From the NCBI RefSeq assembly GCF_027921745.1, contig NC_079238.1, forward strand, positions 2,542,001 through 2,606,000: a DNA stretch of 64,000 nt, in the 5' to 3' direction. Position numbers and translations under genes: made by a program. The notes below the pieces were generated by a model. That model was not told the DNA's origin and did no database searches. It saw only the letters and a program-made list of their open reading frames with translations. Below, piece by piece: positions 61,125-64,000 of the stretch (position 1 is its first letter; the number at the start of each line of letters is the position of its first letter). This DNA comes from Schizosaccharomyces osmophilus. Its lineage: Eukaryota.

Positions 61125-63947
61125 CTAAGCATCAAGAGGTTGTCCACGTAGGTTTGCAGGTTTCGGTAAAGGTCGTTCAATATGAGGCCTTTGTAGATTA
61201 GATGGCGTATGATCACCATTCTCGCTGTCCGAGAAATCATCCAAAGAGTTCTTTGCGCCTCGATCTAACAACTGTCGAACTCTTTCTTGGATTAAATTAG
61301 ACTTCACTGGACTAACCAATTTTGGTTCTGGAGAATTTCTCTCAGTTCGATTGAATCCTGATCTAGCTACACTAGTAGCTCTTTTAATTTGATTAGGCTC
61401 AGAGAGATTTCGATATTGGCGAATATTTTCGTGGACCTGAGGTAAGTCTTCACTTTCTACTTTCCAATCATCAGATAGTTCAGATGGTTCAGACGGGTTT
61501 GGGCTGACAAGTGCAAACTCAGAATTCGATGTCTCCTTTATGGGTGAATCACGGGATTTTCTAAGTGCTTTCTCATTTCCAAATTCAAACTTTTTGAAAG
61601 CATCACCAAATTTACCAGACAACAATCTGGAAGCATGCCCTTGCTTTCTGGGTTTGCTAAAGCTATTAGACGTGGATCGTAAATCCTTCTTATTTAGTTC
61701 ATTTGTTTTTACTTTTTCAAGCTTGGCAGTTATCGACTTTTGCAGCCTTTGTGTACGTGAAATATCTGAAGAAGATTGACGACCATGGGATCCCAAACTT
61801 TTCAAGAATTCAACGTTCGACTGAACTTCGAATGATTCACTCTCAGGAGAACTTGTTCGATCATGTTTATCATTAAAAAGAACCAAATCTTCAACTCCTT
61901 TCATAATATCCTCATCATAAGAGGATACACTTAATGGAGATGCTTGAACAGGAATATCTTTCTCTCCTGGGTACGAATAGTTATTTAAAGAACTTTGGGA
62001 TTTATTATTCAAATCCCTATCCATATCGGCTTCCATTCTTAACGGTGTATGACTTTGGTTAAATTTATATGGCTTCCAATGATCAGATTCTGAATGTAGA
62101 GGACGATGATTTTGAACAACATCTTTTGAGTCAACATTATCAACCCGCTTGGGAATTGGAGCAGTTTCCTTATGAAGAAATGAAAACGAAGACGAAGGGC
62201 CATGATCTTGAGATAACTCTTTGTGCTTGTCAGAAGAAGACGTATTTAAAGAGGGAAGTTGAGGAACAGGCGAATGTACACTTGAAAAACTTTTCTGTTT
62301 ACCCGCATCATTTGTGCAAATAGATTCCACTTCCTTGAAAGGCGGGTGATCTGATGATTGAGACCGGACCGACTTCTTTTCAGATAACAACGGGAGTAAC
62401 GTTGAAGAAGCAGATTGGTTGGCAACAGTACCGCTTTTTTTGGCATCAAGTATAGGAAGCGGCTGAACAACTTTTTTGTTACCAACTTGCTTATCTAATT
62501 CATCAACACTAGGATAGCGTGAAAGAATATCAACTTCATCAGTTTGATCATTGCCTTGTTGATTATTTTTAGCATTGTCATTAAGGATGTCACCATGTTT
62601 AAGTTGAGACCGAAAGTCATCCAAATTTCTTTTTGGGATGATTGGGCCGGTTGAAGTGACGTTTTGGTTATAGCTGTCATCAGCAGTTGTGGATGCTATG
62701 TTTTGTTTATTTTGATCAAAATGCTGAGAGGGCGGTGTCCGACTCGGCCGGCTAAAGGAGCGGTCAAATGACTGTCCAGAATGCTTTGGTGCTATGGACG
62801 GACGAGAAATAGGAATAGGAGGAAGCGATCCATGTGAGTGCAAGGAGGAAGCAGGCTGTAGTCGGCCAGAAGGTGTTCTGAAAAGAGGTGCTTTCGGTGG
62901 GTTAAAAGTTGAAGCATTCACACCCCCATAAATATCCGAAAGTAGTAGAGGTGCGCCACGCATTTCCATAATTTCCTTTAAAGTTTGATATATATTGGGA
63001 CGATGCGATGGCTGCTCTTGAAGACATGTAGCAATAAACCTTTTCATACGGTCACTGTATTTCGGAAAAGGAGGGATGGAGAATGAAGCTTTCAGAATAG
63101 CAGGACTTCCAACGGTTTCAAATGGAGTTGTATAATAGCAAAGTTTGTAAGCGAGGACGCCAATTGCCCAAATGTCACTCTTTTCGTCGATACCTTGTTG
63201 CCGGTTCAAATCAATCATTTCTGGGCAACGGTACTGAGGAGTCGTATACGCTGCAATATTTTTTTCGACCAATAATCTCGATTCTGGTGTGGCTGCAGGT
63301 GGTATTGTTTCACAAGCACTACCAAAATCGCAAAGTTTATATAAGTTTGGAGCAACTAACAAAACATTTTCAATTTTAAGATCTCGGTGAATTAAAGGTG
63401 GGTCCAAATAATGCATAGCAGCAACCGCATCACACACATCTGCCAAAATTTTCAAAATTTCACTTTCTGTTAAACGAGTTTGAAGTCTAGTGTTCATAAA
63501 ATCAATGAGGCCACCCCCTGCGCAATACTCCATCAATAAAAAGACCTCATAACGGTTTGCCGAATTTGAATATAAAGCGTTCGAATCTATATAATTCACT
63601 ATATGGCGATGGCCCTTAAGACGTTTCATCGTTTCAATTTCTCCGTGTACCAGTTGAAGGGCGGCTTTGTCGGGGACGTGGATGCGTTTCAAAACGCAAC
63701 ACCGCTTATCCTGGGTTTCCACGAGATAAACATGTGAAAACCCACCTTCACTAAGATACCGGATGACCGTAACTGTATGGCTGCCGACAATAAGCTTGGT
63801 ATTTGGTGGGATCCTTGTGTAAAAATCCATTGGAATGAATGCAGAAGAAGCCGGAGGCATATTAGAGAAATTAGAAGGACCTTGGGTCCTAGATACGGGC
63901 CGAAAGTCCTTGCCTATGACTTGATTTTTAGACCAGACTTCAGTCAT
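61125..63947 (-). CDS. ppk30: Ark1/Prk1 (NAK) family Ser/Thr kinase
   Basis: LSEGGFSHVY, LIHRDLKIEN, KLCDFGSA, TTPQYRCPEM and a long low-complexity C-terminus. Confidence 0.88.
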   Translation of the reverse strand: MTEVWSKNQVIGKDFRPVSRTQGPSNFSNMPPASSAFIPMDFYTRIPPNTKLIVGSHTVTVIRYLSEGGFSHVYLVETQDKRCCVLKRIHVPDKAALQLVHGEIETMKRLKGHRHIVNYIDSNALYSNSANRYEVFLLMEYCAGGGLIDFMNTRLQTRLTESEILKILADVCDAVAAMHYLDPPLIHRDLKIENVLLVAPNLYKLCDFGSACETIPPAATPESRLLVEKNIAAYTTPQYRCPEMIDLNRQQGIDEKSDIWAIGVLAYKLCYYTTPFETVGSPAILKASFSIPPFPKYSDRMKRFIATCLQEQPSHRPNIYQTLKEIMEMRGAPLLLSDIYGGVNASTFNPPKAPLFRTPSGRLQPASSLHSHGSLPPIPISRPSIAPKHSGQSFDRSFSRPSRTPPSQHFDQNKQNIASTTADDSYNQNVTSTGPIIPKRNLDDFRSQLKHGDILNDNAKNNQQGNDQTDEVDILSRYPSVDELDKQVGNKKVVQPLPILDAKKSGTVANQSASSTLLPLLSEKKSVRSQSSDHPPFKEVESICTNDAGKQKSFSSVHSPVPQLPSLNTSSSDKHKELSQDHGPSSSFSFLHKETAPIPKRVDNVDSKDVVQNHRPLHSESDHWKPYKFNQSHTPLRMEADMDRDLNNKSQSSLNNYSYPGEKDIPVQASPLSVSSYDEDIMKGVEDLVLFNDKHDRTSSPESESFEVQSNVEFLKSLGSHGRQSSSDISRTQRLQKSITAKLEKVKTNELNKKDLRSTSNSFSKPRKQGHASRLLSGKFGDAFKKFEFGNEKALRKSRDSPIKETSNSEFALVSPNPSEPSELSDDWKVESEDLPQVHENIRQYRNLSEPNQIKRATSVARSGFNRTERNSPEPKLVSPVKSNLIQERVRQLLDRGAKNSLDDFSDSENGDHTPSNLQRPHIERPLPKPANLRGQPLDA

Positions 63948-64000
63948 GACTTGGATAAAAACGAGGCGGGTGGTTTTGTAAACTTGCTAAATCAAACACG

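Overview
This is gene-dense, intron-containing fission-yeast (Schizosaccharomyces) genomic DNA. It is not S. pombe itself and looks like an octosporus/cryophilus/osmophilus-type species, but the species cannot be fixed from this window. Gene order matches, from memory, the S. pombe chromosome II SPBC4F6/SPBC3E7/SPBC6B1 block: emp46, rpl25, leu3, lac1, smf1, syf2, cfh4, DnaJ, fma1, SUN-like, rad13, PBDC1, fnx2, mic60, ric8, fab1, prp17, nbs1, sus1, ofd1, prp1, ubp14, atg7, mde4, Pal1-family, ppk30. The main departure is a ~4.5 kb island between prp17 and nbs1. It holds an intronless orphan ORF behind a cluster of Mei4/forkhead (FLEX) motifs, a variant 5S rRNA gene with a 5-nt insertion, and a convergent probable UPF0300/Meu27-family gene. 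Smaller oddities are a possible spliced antisense non-coding unit between leu3 and lac1, an intron signal overlapping the DnaJ stop codon, a 135-nt internal duplication in rad13, and no hsp16 where S. pombe has it. Gene names rest on motif recognition and remembered synteny; no database searches were run.
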